Assembly (NCBI GenBank): GCA_965232235.1
Contig: OZ246960.1
Location: 871,058 to 935,057 of the forward strand
Source of the DNA: Candidatus Poribacteria bacterium
GTDB taxonomy: Bacteria; Poribacteria; WGA-4E; JAJDTR01
Reading direction: 5' to 3'
Length of the DNA stretch: 64,000 nucleotides
The notes under the pieces are model-generated. The model ran no database searches, was not told the origin of the DNA, and worked only from the letters and a program-made list of their open reading frames with translations. The position numbers were made by a program, and so were the translations under genes. Each line of letters begins with the position of its first letter. Position 1 is the first letter of the stretch. Positions 1 to 9,908 of this stretch are shown piece after piece.

Positions 1-12
1 TTTACCTAAATC

Positions 13-336
13 ATGCGCGTCGACCCGCCGCCGACCCAGTGGGGCAACCCGCCCATCGGCGTCCTGACAAAACAGATTGGTGAGAACGAGAACGCGCAGG
101 AAATTGTTGAAATTCAGTTTTCGCGTTATCCCGAAAACTATGATGTCGTCGACCTGCACCTTCCCTGGCTGGACACCACGCCGATCGGTACCAAGGGGCT
201 GTCGAGCGGCACCATTCACAAAGCCATAATAACCACCCGCTGCCACGATCCCGATCACACCGGCTACCTCGCTTTTCGACTGAGCTGGGACACCGGCTTT
301 GCCGATTTCGTCTACAAATGCCCCGAAGAGAACTAA
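13..336 (+). CDS. hypothetical protein (107 aa), complete small ORF with a stop just upstream
   Basis: ORF track only; no recognisable motif. Confidence 0.25.
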   Translation: MRVDPPPTQWGNPPIGVLTKQIGENENAQEIVEIQFSRYPENYDVVDLHLPWLDTTPIGTKGLSSGTIHKAIITTRCHDPDHTGYLAFRLSWDTGFADFVYKCPEEN

Positions 337-369
337 CGAATCCTACTCCAGTCGAGTGAAAGGAAAAAC

Positions 370-837
370 ATGAAATACTTAACCCTGCTCCTCCTACTTC
401 CGCTCCTCGCCTGCGAAGTCGCCGATCACGACCATCCGCTGCATACGGAAGGCGCCTTCATTGTGGAAATCGATCCGCCGATATCCGTGATCTACGTTAC
501 CAAGGACGACAACCATATTACGTCGCAGCTTTACGAGGCTTTCAAAGGCATCCCGCCAAGGGCAATACACCTTGAAACCGGTGATTGGCGAACCGTCACC
601 GTGACCTTCTCTTCACCGCCTCAAAGGCTCTCGGTTTACCACAGTACCACAACGGACGGCGAATGCAACCTATTCCGCGGCCATCGTTTGGACGGTACCA
701 AGCTATACATAGATATCTACTGTCCGCAGGAGTTAACTCAGATGGAGACGGATGTAAGCCCCTATGGTAAGATCCACATCGTGTGGCAGAGCGGCAGTCA
801 AATTCTGCGCACCTGGTGCAATAGCATAAGAAGATAA
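370..837 (+). CDS. small lipoprotein, paralog A
   Basis: N-terminal signal peptide with lipobox LLAC (MKYLTLLLLLPLLAC); AAGGAAA ribosome-binding site about 6 nt upstream; the C-terminal half aligns with the next ORF. Confidence 0.5.
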   Translation: MKYLTLLLLLPLLACEVADHDHPLHTEGAFIVEIDPPISVIYVTKDDNHITSQLYEAFKGIPPRAIHLETGDWRTVTVTFSSPPQRLSVYHSTTTDGECNLFRGHRLDGTKLYIDIYCPQELTQMETDVSPYGKIHIVWQSGSQILRTWCNSIRR

Positions 838-845
838 GGAGCATC

Positions 846-1334
846 ATGAAACCATTCTTTATATTCCTTCTACTCCCGCTCCTCGCCTGCAGCCACGAAC
901 ACCCGCTGAAAGACCACCAGCACGAACACAATCTGACCGACCATGAGCACGACCTCGCCGACCATACCCACGATCTGGTCGCATATCCCGCTGCCCAACT
1001 CATCTGGGATGACCCGGGGGTCGTCGTAAGCGATAGACAACCCATCTCGATAGGCAGACTCACATACGAAGGATCTCAGTGGATCTTAGTCGTGTTTTCC
1101 CAACCGCCTATCGGCCTCACCGTCACCGACGTATCCGACCCCGACGGACGACCGACAATACCCATCTCGAGATGGCATGTGGAAAAGCGGTCACTGAAGA
1201 TCTTGGCATACTGTACGAACGAAACGGCCAATGCTGGCGTCGGCGGTATTGCGGTACGACTGCAATGGCATTCCGGCGGCGCACTGTTACGCTACGCGTG
1301 CGGAGATTGGCCGAGGGAGAGGGACCTTCATTGA
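846..1334 (+). CDS. His-rich small lipoprotein, paralog B (HEH / DHxH repeats)
   Basis: MKPFFIFLLLPLLAC lipobox, then SHEHPLKDHQHEHNLTDHEHDLADHTHDL; paralog of 370..837. Confidence 0.5.
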   Translation: MKPFFIFLLLPLLACSHEHPLKDHQHEHNLTDHEHDLADHTHDLVAYPAAQLIWDDPGVVVSDRQPISIGRLTYEGSQWILVVFSQPPIGLTVTDVSDPDGRPTIPISRWHVEKRSLKILAYCTNETANAGVGGIAVRLQWHSGGALLRYACGDWPRERDLH

Positions 1335-1589
1335 ACCCCTAACGCGGCCGATCATAATGACCCGGATGCACGTCGACCGCGCCAGTCGCGTCCCGGTCGC
1401 GTCAAAAATAGCGGCCACCACAAGTGCGCCTTGTACGGATTCAAACATTCAACGAAGGCTAACCTCCTGTCTTGATACATCGTTCACCTTCCCTACCTGC
1501 ATGTGGCGCCGGGCAAATCCCTCGGCCTCCTCCAACGTCGAAAACGAGTCCCAACTCATGCCCGAATCGCTCCACTACAGCGTATACGA

Positions 1590-1928
1590 ACCGTTCTCCG
1601 GACGGTAGAATAGCAGCGTCCGCTTGTTAATCACCGTTTCCCTAACGAGTTGGCGTTTCATAGACACATCCTAGAAATTGTTAAGACACAAGCACTGTTG
1701 TGAGAACTGCCAATGCCCCTCTTGCACAGAAAATGAACATTGGCGTTCATTTGTTAGATACGTAAGGGCGAAACGCTGGTGCGTCTCAGGAACACATCTG
1801 GGGACAATTCCAATGAAATCCGTGTGATAGCGCCAAGTGTGGGCAGCTTATGGACGTGGCACACAACTTGCTGACACTCTGCTAACACAGTCAATCCGAT
1901 TGCCATCGATTCTAAGGGAGCCAATCCA
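1590..1928 (+). repeat. duplicated gene-end + leader segment, copy A (also at 6130..6412 and 9880..10324)
   Basis: Long near-identical stretches shared with the other two copies, including ...ttctccggacggtag and ...gcactgttgNgagaactgccaaYgcccct... Confidence 0.7.
1857..1871 (+). promoter_or_regulatory. sigma-54 (RpoN) -24/-12 promoter match TGGCAC-acaac-TTGC, 58 bp upstream of the BNR1 ATG
   Basis: Exact GG-N10-GC spacing in TGGCACACAACTTGC; conserved in leader copies B and C. Confidence 0.55.
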
Positions 1929-3035
1929 ATGATATGGACTCGACGTTTAATGCGAACCGCTTTCATTTTCTTGGTAATGATGACTATATTGGCGAACGAA
2001 TCCGATGCGAATATCCGCGCCGAGTGGACTCAACTCACTGTCGCGCAGCCCATGGGGCGCGTGAACGCGCTTGAAACCGATGGACGCCGACTCTACGCCG
2101 GGACATGGAATGGTGTGTACATCTCCCTTGATGACGGTTACACCTGGGGTTCAAGCGAAGTCAAACACACGTGTACTGTAATTGCAACCCATCAAAATAC
2201 GGTGTATGCGGGAACATATGGCAACGGCGTAGTTCGCTCCGATGATCGTGGCGAGACATGGATGTCCAAAAACGACGGATTGCCCCTACCCGACGAACTC
2301 GACCAATACGGACGCGTTGAGCAAATCCTCGTCACCAGCTCCGGCACAGTCATCACTGTGACGAGCCTGGGTACGTATACATCGACCGACCGAGGTGAGA
2401 CATGGCACGGCGTAATAGACGACTGGATAGTGCACCAGGACGCGTGGGGAGCGCTCGACTGGCCAATAACCCGTAGTACGTTGTCGATGACTGAGTTCGA
2501 TGGTTATCTCTGGGGCGAAGCGGATGGCAGCATGTTCCGTTCCCCTGACAACGGCCACACGTGGGAATCTATTCCTCGTTTCGGACACCACCCGGCGCAC
2601 AACTGGGCGGTGTTCAATGATAAATTATATGTCGCCGGAGGAAAAGGCTTTGCACGATGGAACGAAGAAGGACTCCCTTTCCCTTGGGAGTATCGCATTA
2701 AAGGGTTTCCAAGCGATTCCGATGGGTATTTAGACTACGCGCCCAGTTTAACAAGCTTGGCTGTAAGCGGCGGCCGTCTATTTGCCGGACTTTACGATCA
2801 CGGCGTCTACATGTTTGATACACGCTCGGACACATGGATTCCCGCAGGTCTGCAGTGGCTTACAGTTAGTGCGCTCGTATCTCATCAATCCGAGCTGTAC
2901 GCAGCAACCTATGCGCTCGACGAAAGGCAGGCAGGCACCGTCCACACGCCCCAAGGGATCTACCGCGCTACAATTCTGGCCGTGCAGCCCTACGGCAAAG
3001 CCGCCACCACTTGGGGCGCCCTTAAAACAAAATGA
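1929..3035 (+). CDS. secreted BNR/Asp-box repeat beta-propeller protein, paralog 1 (368 aa)
   Basis: Signal peptide; Asp-box motifs SLDDGYTW, SDDRGETW, STDRGETW, SPDNGHTW; C-terminal tail PYGKAATTWGALKTK. Confidence 0.75.
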   Translation: MIWTRRLMRTAFIFLVMMTILANESDANIRAEWTQLTVAQPMGRVNALETDGRRLYAGTWNGVYISLDDGYTWGSSEVKHTCTVIATHQNTVYAGTYGNGVVRSDDRGETWMSKNDGLPLPDELDQYGRVEQILVTSSGTVITVTSLGTYTSTDRGETWHGVIDDWIVHQDAWGALDWPITRSTLSMTEFDGYLWGEADGSMFRSPDNGHTWESIPRFGHHPAHNWAVFNDKLYVAGGKGFARWNEEGLPFPWEYRIKGFPSDSDGYLDYAPSLTSLAVSGGRLFAGLYDHGVYMFDTRSDTWIPAGLQWLTVSALVSHQSELYAATYALDERQAGTVHTPQGIYRATILAVQPYGKAATTWGALKTK

Positions 3036-3817
3036 AATACCTAATCTTCATACTGAGTTTGTTAAGCCTTATTGTTGCCACTGTTCTGCTCGTGATCGCC
3101 ATCAGCTCTTGCACGCCGGACGTCCATGCCGAAATTCGGGCACTCTGGGTTCCACTCGTTGGCACGGAGTCCCTGAAGCACGTGAACGCACTTGAAACCG
3201 ACGAATTCCGTCTCTACGCCGGGACGTCTGCCGGACTCTACATCTCCCGAGATGACGGTGCCACCTGGAGTTTAACTGACCTTACACACGCTTGTCAGGC
3301 AATCGCAATCCGTCAAAATGCAGTGTATGCAGGAACACAAATGCGCGGGGTATTTCGCTCCGATAATCGCGGCAACACATGGAAGACCAAAAATAACGGA
3401 TTCCACGAAGTGCGTTGGGGCGGCGAAGATCGCGGATTTCCATTCATTCATCAGATCCTCTTCTCTAATACCGGCACAGTCATCACAGTGATGTACCACC
3501 AGGGCACGTATACATCGACCGACCGCGGCGAGACATGGGACAGCGTCATAGACGACTGGAGACTAGGCGACTGGCAAATAGGCGGTGATATCTGGTCGAT
3601 GACCGAGTTTGACGGATATCTCTGGAGCGCCATTTCGGTGCACACCACGCTCCGTTCCCCTGACAGCGGTCAGACGTGGGAACATATTGACCACTTCGAA
3701 CACACCCGGGTAATCGGCGTAGAGGTAGCCGTCCCGCTGTGTTTTGAACACATCCGGGGGTATTTCGTCCGGTACAGCGAAGCAGTGATGAACTATAGCC
3801 AGCCAGCAAACGAGTGA
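3032..3817 (+). CDS. BNR/Asp-box paralog 2, C-terminally truncated or diverged (261 aa, lacks the conserved tail)
   Basis: ATGA start/stop overlap with paralog 1; Asp-boxes SRDDGATW, SDNRGNTW, STDRGETW, SPDSGQTW; similarity to paralog 1 is lost after about aa 225, suggesting a frameshift. Confidence 0.55.
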   Translation: MKYLIFILSLLSLIVATVLLVIAISSCTPDVHAEIRALWVPLVGTESLKHVNALETDEFRLYAGTSAGLYISRDDGATWSLTDLTHACQAIAIRQNAVYAGTQMRGVFRSDNRGNTWKTKNNGFHEVRWGGEDRGFPFIHQILFSNTGTVITVMYHQGTYTSTDRGETWDSVIDDWRLGDWQIGGDIWSMTEFDGYLWSAISVHTTLRSPDSGQTWEHIDHFEHTRVIGVEVAVPLCFEHIRGYFVRYSEAVMNYSQPANE

Positions 3818-3851
3818 TACATATTTCACTTTCATGGTGCCACCCTCTTAT

Positions 3852-3890
3852 GTTTTTGTTCGTAGGTTGGGTTGAACACCGTGAAACCCA
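3852..3890 (+). repeat. REP-like element gtaggttgggttgaac..gtgaaacccaac
   Basis: GTAG followed by inverted repeat ttgggtt/aacccaa; the same family sits at 19680, 22770 and 27838. Confidence 0.6.
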
Positions 3891-3891
3891 A

Positions 3892-4836
3892 CTATCTAGC
3901 TTCCTGAACGCGGCGTTTTAAGCTGCCCCATGTAGTCGCCAGCTTGTTCTCGGGCTCCACTGCGAGCGAACCGCCGGGGAAGAGGTGATATCCGTTGCCG
4001 GACGAATCTCGATACATGGCGGCTCCGGGACCTTCATCAAAGTGCCACAACGCTATAGTCTGTACATCCAACCGGAGTCGACGTCTCGGACGAATTTCCG
4101 CCTCTCCGTAACGGAATCCCTTGGAAACCCGAACTTCGTCGATGTAGCCCTTCATGGATCCAAATCTGTATCCCCATCCCCAACCATTTCGTTTGGTGCC
4201 GCCAATTAGCAGCGGCGCATCGGTGCGGTTCATCGCGCTGCTAAAGGTGAAACCTCCCCAGTCGCCGTCATAATACCATATAACTTTCATACGATTTCCT
4301 TTCACAGAAATCTGATAGGCAATATGCACCCAACGCTTCAACGGGAAATCGTGGGGCGGAATCTCAGGTCCAAAAATCCCCGTACTCATGCCACTCTGTA
4401 CTCCATATTCGATATATGTAGTACCTTCTGGATCCCCCCGTCTAATACCAGAGCCTAAGTATCTTCCCGTAACAGAAACGAAATAGCTGCTGGGCTTGGC
4501 AAAGATATTCCACCGTCCCTCGTGAGAATTCGCAGCGAAATTCCAATCTTTCGGTTTATCGGTCAAATAAATCCACGCTTCAACCGTGATGCCCTTGCCT
4601 TCCACGTCGTCGAAGACACCGGGGTAATCGGCGTAGACATACCCGTCCGGGCGCAGTGTCAACACATCGCGGGGAACCTTCTCGGGTAAAGCGACTACTT
4701 TTGGCACGACAAATAACAATGCAATCAAGGTCAGGGCGCAAAATGAATATACTGTCCTGAATCTCATGATTCCCGCCGATTGAGTGTTTGCTAGTGTAAT
4801 CCCCTGCATTTCGATTCCTCCCATTTTATGTTTCAT
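3892..4836 (-). CDS. secreted LamG/concanavalin-A-like lectin-fold protein
   Basis: Hydrophobic signal from the internal Met (MRFRTVYSFCALTLIALLFV), so the likely start is 4767; WVHIAYQ..YIDEVRVS is laminin-G-like; C-terminus KLATTWGSLKRR shares the TWGxLK tail. Confidence 0.5.
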   Translation of the reverse strand: MKHKMGGIEMQGITLANTQSAGIMRFRTVYSFCALTLIALLFVVPKVVALPEKVPRDVLTLRPDGYVYADYPGVFDDVEGKGITVEAWIYLTDKPKDWNFAANSHEGRWNIFAKPSSYFVSVTGRYLGSGIRRGDPEGTTYIEYGVQSGMSTGIFGPEIPPHDFPLKRWVHIAYQISVKGNRMKVIWYYDGDWGGFTFSSAMNRTDAPLLIGGTKRNGWGWGYRFGSMKGYIDEVRVSKGFRYGEAEIRPRRRLRLDVQTIALWHFDEGPGAAMYRDSSGNGYHLFPGGSLAVEPENKLATTWGSLKRRVQEAR

Positions 4837-4903
4837 GTAGGTGTGCCGAGTGATCTTCCTTCATAAGTATTTTCCGCTAGAAGCCGATTTCCCTAACTAA
4901 TTC

Positions 4904-4918
4904 GCAAAAATCTTGCCA
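4904..4918 (-). promoter_or_regulatory. sigma-54 -24/-12 promoter match (minus strand TGGCAA-gattt-TTGC) upstream of the LamG gene
   Basis: Reverse complement of 4904..4918 is TGGCAAGATTTTTGC with GG-N10-GC spacing, about 70 bp upstream of ATG 4836. Confidence 0.45.
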
Positions 4919-4977
4919 ATCCCTAACCGTACAGGCGCACAAGCCAAAAAAAATCCGGGACGTGCAATGACTTGAAT

Positions 4978-5625
4978 TTATGAGCCAGCCGGGACAGATG
5001 CAAATCTGTGGCATGAGAGTAGGGCTAAATTGCGATACAACCCATAGCCATCAAGATAGAGATGATGTTCAAGAGGTACGGGACGCTCAAGTTCCTGAAC
5101 CACATCAATCTCGATCTCGCGGACGCTGCGCATCCAATCCCCGAACTGGTTGAGATTGGGTATGGTCGCGCTTAAACACGCAAATTTTATATGCTGTGGG
5201 GCGAAAATTATGCTCTCTTCCCATACCGTCCCTCGTTCAACATCGTTGATGTAATGAATCTCGTCGAATATTGCGTATTCTACATCCGCCAAGCGTTCTA
5301 TATCGTCGAAAATCGTGTTTCGGAAGATTTCCGTTGTCATCAACAGAATTTGGGCATAAGGATTGAGGACAACATCTCCCGTTAAAATACCGACCCGATC
5401 GCCATATCGCTCAAAGAAATCCCGATATTTTTGGTTGCTCAACGCTTTGATTGGCGCCGTGTAAATCACACGCCGATCGCCCTGAATGCATTTATCAACC
5501 GCATACTCCGCTACCACCGTTTTTCCCGCCCCGCTTGGAGCGGCGACAATCACAGAACGCTCATGATCTATTGCCCGGATAGCCTCTTCTTGGAACCGAT
5601 CTAGCTGTAAACCCCTGTAGAACAT
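4978..5625 (-). pseudogene. N-terminal fragment of a DEAD/DEAH-box (Ski2/Lhr-like) helicase
   Basis: Walker A APSGAGKT and DEIH box, but only about 200 aa; the reading frame ends at a 21-bp direct repeat (5022..5042) that recurs at 6052..6072. Confidence 0.55.
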
Positions 5626-5721
5626 TCAAATCTCCCAAACCCAAGTAACAGCCGCATGATTTTAACTGTTTCCACCCGTTTTGTCAAATGTGAATATCCG
5701 GGTGTAGGGGTCGCATCGCTT

Positions 5722-5800
5722 GGACCCATTGGGATCAACTTAAGGGATTTTGTCTAGTATCAGTGGTGTTCTCCGACGCAAAACCCTTAACTTAGTCCCA
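5722..5800. repeat. long imperfect palindrome (cccattgggatcaacttaaggg ... cccttaacttagtcccatagg)
   Basis: Inverted repeat seen directly; a half-copy recurs at 6030..6052. Confidence 0.45.
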
Positions 5801-5849
5801 TAGGATGGGGAGGAAATCTCTATCATCCCCCACACGGTAGGTGCGATCA

Positions 5850-5883
5850 AGCGAATGGATAATGAGTGCGATAGAGATCCCTT
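5850..5883 (-). repeat. copy of the R1 short repeat family (ctatcgcNctcattatccattcgcttgatc)
   Basis: Reverse complement matches the family consensus. Confidence 0.6.
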
Positions 5884-6129
5884 TCCAACCGCACCGGCAC
5901 CTACGGAAACCAGCGCCATGAGTCATCTCTTGTGGCGCACCCATCAGTGAACGAACTGGTATTCCCTCGCTCACGTCTACATGGAGATTAACAGTTCAAG
6001 ACATTGAAGCCGCGTGACTTGCACCCTAAAACGCTTAACTTGATCCCTATGGGGCTAAATTGCGATACAACCTATCCTGACGCTGAGCAACGTCAGACTA
6101 TCCGACGCATTCTTAATCGAATTGTGGTC

Positions 6130-6412
6130 CAAGATCGAACAGAAATGGTGCCCTACCAGCTTTGTTGAACGCGGGCACTGTTGGGAGAACTGCCAACGCC
6201 CCTCTTGTACAGAAATTGGACAACGATGTTCATATTTTAGGTACGAAAGCACGAAACGCCATTGCGTCTTAATGACACATCGGAGCACAATACCGATGAA
6301 ATTCGTGGGTTAGTGCCCGAATCGGGGCAACTTATGGGCGTGGCACACCACTTGCTCACGCTCTACTTGCGCAGTCAATCCGATAGCCATCAGTTCTAAG
6401 GGAGGCAATCCA
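6130..6412 (+). repeat. duplicated leader segment, copy B
   Basis: Shares the last ~280 bp of copy A, including the sigma-54 site and ribosome-binding-site region. Confidence 0.7.
6341..6355 (+). promoter_or_regulatory. sigma-54 promoter match TGGCAC-accac-TTGC, 58 bp upstream of ATG 6413
   Basis: Same position as in copy A. Confidence 0.55.
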
Positions 6413-7509
6413 ATGATATGGGCTCAAATTTTCACGCAAACCGCTTTCATTTTCTTAGTAATGATGACTATCCTAGCGAACGAATCGGATGCGAATATCC
6501 GCACACTTTGGCTTTCACTCACTGGCACGGAGGATATGGGAGAGATAAACACACTTGAATCCGATGGAAGCCGACTCTACGCCGGGACACGGGACGGACT
6601 CTACATCTCGGACGATAACGGTTACACCTGGCGTTTAACCGAGTTTAAACTGCCTGTTAAGGTAATGGCAACCAGCCCGCAATCAATATACGTAGGATCG
6701 AATGTTTATGACGGCCTCATTCAATCCGATGATCGTGGAAAGACATGGGAGCCCCTAAACAACGGGCTTGGATATATCGATGAAACCAACCGTTTAGACG
6801 ACGGTCCCGTTGGGTACGGAGTGTTTAAATACTTTGTGCACACCCCTTACGGCACCATAATCAGTGTAATGGCCTGCTGCACTGATGACTCGGCCGACGG
6901 CAGCGACACCTGGCGTGAGGCGCCATCCGACTGGCGAGTCGACGATACCGACTGGATATTAGGCTACGCTGTAAAGTTGTTGTACGGCATGGATCACTAT
7001 CTGGTGGCCGGCTGGGTTAGCGGTATACTACGCTCCCGTGAGGGACAACCCGGCGGCCGCCTCATCTCTTCCTTCGGTGGGAACGTCGACCAGATCGCTT
7101 GGCCGACCGCCTGGGCCGTGCTCAATAATAGAGTGTATGTAACCTGAGCACCATACTTGTCAAACGCCCCGTTTTTCGCGCTATACGACCCGGAGCGCAC
7201 TTGGCAGTATCTCAACGTAGGGCTTCCGGAGAGCGACGGTGTATGGCTCCGATACAATATAAACACCTTCGCTGCTAACCGCGGCCGCCTCTTCGCCGGA
7301 CTTAACCGCCCCGCGGCGTATACATGTTTGATGAGCGCTCCAAAACGTGGATTCCGGCAGGCCTAGACGGGTTGACCGTTAGTTCGCTCAAATCCCATCA
7401 AACCGATCTGTACGCAGCAACCAATGAAGGAATCTACCGCGCTTCAATCCCGACCGTGCAGCCCTACGGCAAAGCCGCCATCATCTGGGGCACCATCAAA
7501 CAAAAATGA
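6413..7509 (+). pseudogene. BNR/Asp-box paralog 3, disrupted by at least two frameshifts
   Basis: Homology to the intact paralogs continues across three frames (6413..7147, 7157..7366, 7324..7509); ends with the tail PYGKAAIIWGTIKQK. Confidence 0.6.
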
Positions 7510-8576
7510 AATACACAACCCTCATCGTCACTCTATTAGCCCTGCTCCTCGTCATCTCCCTCGCCCGCGCCGAGTGGGAACTCCTTCTTGCCACGCATAA
7601 CATGAGCGGCGTGACGGCACTTGAAACCGACGGCAGCCGCCTCTTCGCCGGGGGATCGTTGGAAGGACTGTATACCTCGGACGATAATGGTGACACCTGG
7701 TGTACAACCGCCCTGACGCACGGATACGTTCAGGCAATTGCTATCAGCGGCGATGCGGTATATGCATTCGTGAATGAGCACGGCATGTTTCGCTCCGACG
7801 ATTACGGGAAGACGTGGAACCCGATAAACGACGGGCTCCGCACAATTCATGACCATACCCTCGACATCCGGATCCCGTACATTAACCAAATACTCGTTAC
7901 CCGTTCCGATATGGTCATCGCTGCGGGCGGCTTTGATGGGACGTACATATCCCGCGACCGAGGAGAGACATGGCACTTCGCGGCCGATTGGTCGTTTCCC
8001 TGCCCCAAAGGGCCCGAGGTGCCCGACTTTACATTCAGCGATTCCATCGATTCGATGATCGAATACGACGGTTATTTGTGGGCAGCCGCGTGGTTCCACG
8101 TATACCGTTCCCCCGACGACGGCTCCACATGGGAATGCGTGCCAGTATTGCCAAGGCTCGGCGAAGCCTACGACTGGGCAGTGCTCAACAATCAATTATA
8201 CGTCGCCGGAGGACACGGATTTGTACGATGGAACGAAGGCGAACTCGCTTGGGACGATCTCAACAACGGGCTGCCGGATTCCCCTGATTTGAGAAGCCTT
8301 GCCGTTAACCGCGGCCGCATCTTTGCCGCAGTTAGGGCGTCATCTATGATCAGACCAGGGGCTTATAGGACTGTCGCACACGGCGTGTACGAGTTCGATG
8401 AGCAATCCGAAACCTGGTTTCCCGCAGGCCTAGAGGGAGTGGCGGTATACTTGGTCGCATCCGATCAATCCTACCTCTATGCCTCGACGTACAAGGGCAT
8501 TTACCGCGCTTCAATCCCCGTCGTGCAACCCTACGGCAAAGCCGCCGCCACGTGGGGCGCCATCAAACGACCATGA
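7506..8576 (+). CDS. secreted BNR/Asp-box beta-propeller protein, paralog 4 (356 aa)
   Basis: Signal peptide; SDDNGDTW, SDDYGKTW, SRDRGETW, SPDDGSTW; tail PYGKAAATWGAIKRP; ATGA overlap with the upstream gene. Confidence 0.75.
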   Translation: MKYTTLIVTLLALLLVISLARAEWELLLATHNMSGVTALETDGSRLFAGGSLEGLYTSDDNGDTWCTTALTHGYVQAIAISGDAVYAFVNEHGMFRSDDYGKTWNPINDGLRTIHDHTLDIRIPYINQILVTRSDMVIAAGGFDGTYISRDRGETWHFAADWSFPCPKGPEVPDFTFSDSIDSMIEYDGYLWAAAWFHVYRSPDDGSTWECVPVLPRLGEAYDWAVLNNQLYVAGGHGFVRWNEGELAWDDLNNGLPDSPDLRSLAVNRGRIFAAVRASSMIRPGAYRTVAHGVYEFDEQSETWFPAGLEGVAVYLVASDQSYLYASTYKGIYRASIPVVQPYGKAAATWGAIKRP

Positions 8577-8584
8577 AAATGTAT

Positions 8585-8618
8585 CTGGTGCTTCCTCTCG
8601 ATTGAAAGGAAGCACCAG
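8585..8618. terminator. bidirectional hairpin terminator between convergent genes
   Basis: Perfect 12-bp stem ctggtgcttcct / aggaagcaccag with a 10-nt loop; a U-run follows on the minus-strand side. Confidence 0.45.
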
Positions 8619-8629
8619 ATGAGACTCCC

Positions 8630-9145
8630 TTAAGCAACGGTTATCTCGTGAGTGTTTCCAGACGAACCCGGATTAGGTGCCGGCTTGGGCGGGCTGCCTT
8701 GCGTTTGCGCATTTTGGAAACCCACGCTAGTGTAGGCCTCGATCTTCACCTTGTCGCCCGGTTCGAGAGGATCATCCAACTCGAACGTATAGACACGATC
8801 ATTCTCCCAAGAGGAATTGCCTTTGAGGTCTTCCATGTCGTCTTCGTCAAACGTGTCGCCCGAGTCGACCCTTATCACGCCCTCGTTACGATTTTGTCGG
8901 GGTGGCGCCGTCTGATCGGAAAACACATCGGGAGGATAGCCTCCGCCTCTATCGATGTTAACCTCATGCTTATACTCGATATCGAAAGTCTGGCGGCCGT
9001 CGTCCTTGTTTTCGATATCAAATCGGTGTTTGCTCCGGGTTGTGATCTCATCCCTGGCGGCGTTCACCGATACATTAATGTCAAAGCACTCCAAAGACGC
9101 CGTGGTTTGGTGGCTGTTGTATTGCTTGAGTGGACCGCGTACCAT
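8630..9145 (-). CDS. hypothetical protein (171 aa)
   Basis: ORF track; no motif recognised. Confidence 0.3.
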   Translation of the reverse strand: MVRGPLKQYNSHQTTASLECFDINVSVNAARDEITTRSKHRFDIENKDDGRQTFDIEYKHEVNIDRGGGYPPDVFSDQTAPPRQNRNEGVIRVDSGDTFDEDDMEDLKGNSSWENDRVYTFELDDPLEPGDKVKIEAYTSVGFQNAQTQGSPPKPAPNPGSSGNTHEITVA

Positions 9146-9204
9146 AGTTAAATCTCCTTAATTTCACCCTCCTACGAGTGTCACCGCTTATACTGAGGTA
9201 TAAA

Positions 9205-9732
9205 ATGAAAAGACTAAGCCTGCTCATATTGCTCATCGCCGCCTGCGGCGCCGAAGACACGATGCGCGAGCCCGACATTGAGCCAGTCCTTCCGGTCGTC
9301 GACATCGGGGCCTACGACATCAACTCCCAGTATTTCGTATATCAACTCGAGTCTGATCACACGGTAGACCGACCCATATACGTCTGGGTAGTTAAGACCT
9401 ATAGAGGGCATTATTCGAACGACAGGTTTCGCCGCTTTGAAATCTGCGACGTCGGCGGGCCTGCAAGGATAATAGCGGGTCTGCAAGAGTGCATCGGAAT
9501 TGCGGAAAGAACGATTGGCACCAGGAAAGAAACGGATCATCAATTCTCTAAGTCCAATGTCCCCTTTCAAGAGGGCGAGCAGGGTATTGTCACCTCTGTC
9601 GTCATAGAAATTTCGCAGTTGCCGCCGCAGGCCGAATGGTATATAGAGAGAGGCCACCCATTCACCGTAGGCGTCTCCACCCTGATGTTCACGACGCATC
9701 AAAACATTATTCGTCGACAATGGCAAACGTGA
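9205..9732 (+). CDS. hypothetical lipoprotein
   Basis: MKRLSLLILLIAAC lipobox from the internal Met at 9205. Confidence 0.4.
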   Translation: MKRLSLLILLIAACGAEDTMREPDIEPVLPVVDIGAYDINSQYFVYQLESDHTVDRPIYVWVVKTYRGHYSNDRFRRFEICDVGGPARIIAGLQECIGIAERTIGTRKETDHQFSKSNVPFQEGEQGIVTSVVIEISQLPPQAEWYIERGHPFTVGVSTLMFTTHQNIIRRQWQT

Positions 9733-9809
9733 AGGCATAAAAAAGGCCGCTGTCGCCTGGGGAGCTATAAAACAACCACGACTAAAGTAGACATAGAACA
9801 AGGTGTATC

Positions 9810-9908
9810 ATGAAAATCTATCTGCTCGTACTGCTCGTGCTCCTCGGCTGCCGGGAGACGGAGAATCGACCTGTTGTCGAACAGCCCGAAGCGTTCTCCG
9901 GACGGTAG
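9810..9908 (+). pseudogene. remnant lipoprotein signal peptide (32 aa, MKIYLLVLLVLLGC...FSGR*) inside leader copy C
   Basis: Translation by eye; ends with the same ..FSGR stop context as 1231..1608. Confidence 0.4.

Noticed and set aside
1231-1608. 125-aa ORF overlapping the end of lipoprotein 846-1334
   Set aside because: It overlaps a better-supported gene out of frame. Its C-terminus (..FSGR*) is part of the duplicated leader block and equals the remnant at 9810-9908, so it is probably not a gene.
7536-8195. 219-aa minus-strand ORF, and many similar long antisense ORFs (12266-13042, 51314-52060, 49316-49963, 50259-50693, 25515-26090)
   Set aside because: They lie entirely antisense to motif-supported genes (BNR, TerL, the acidic protein, the Met-rich protein, the transporter). 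They are typical GC-rich open-frame artefacts with no signal or motif.
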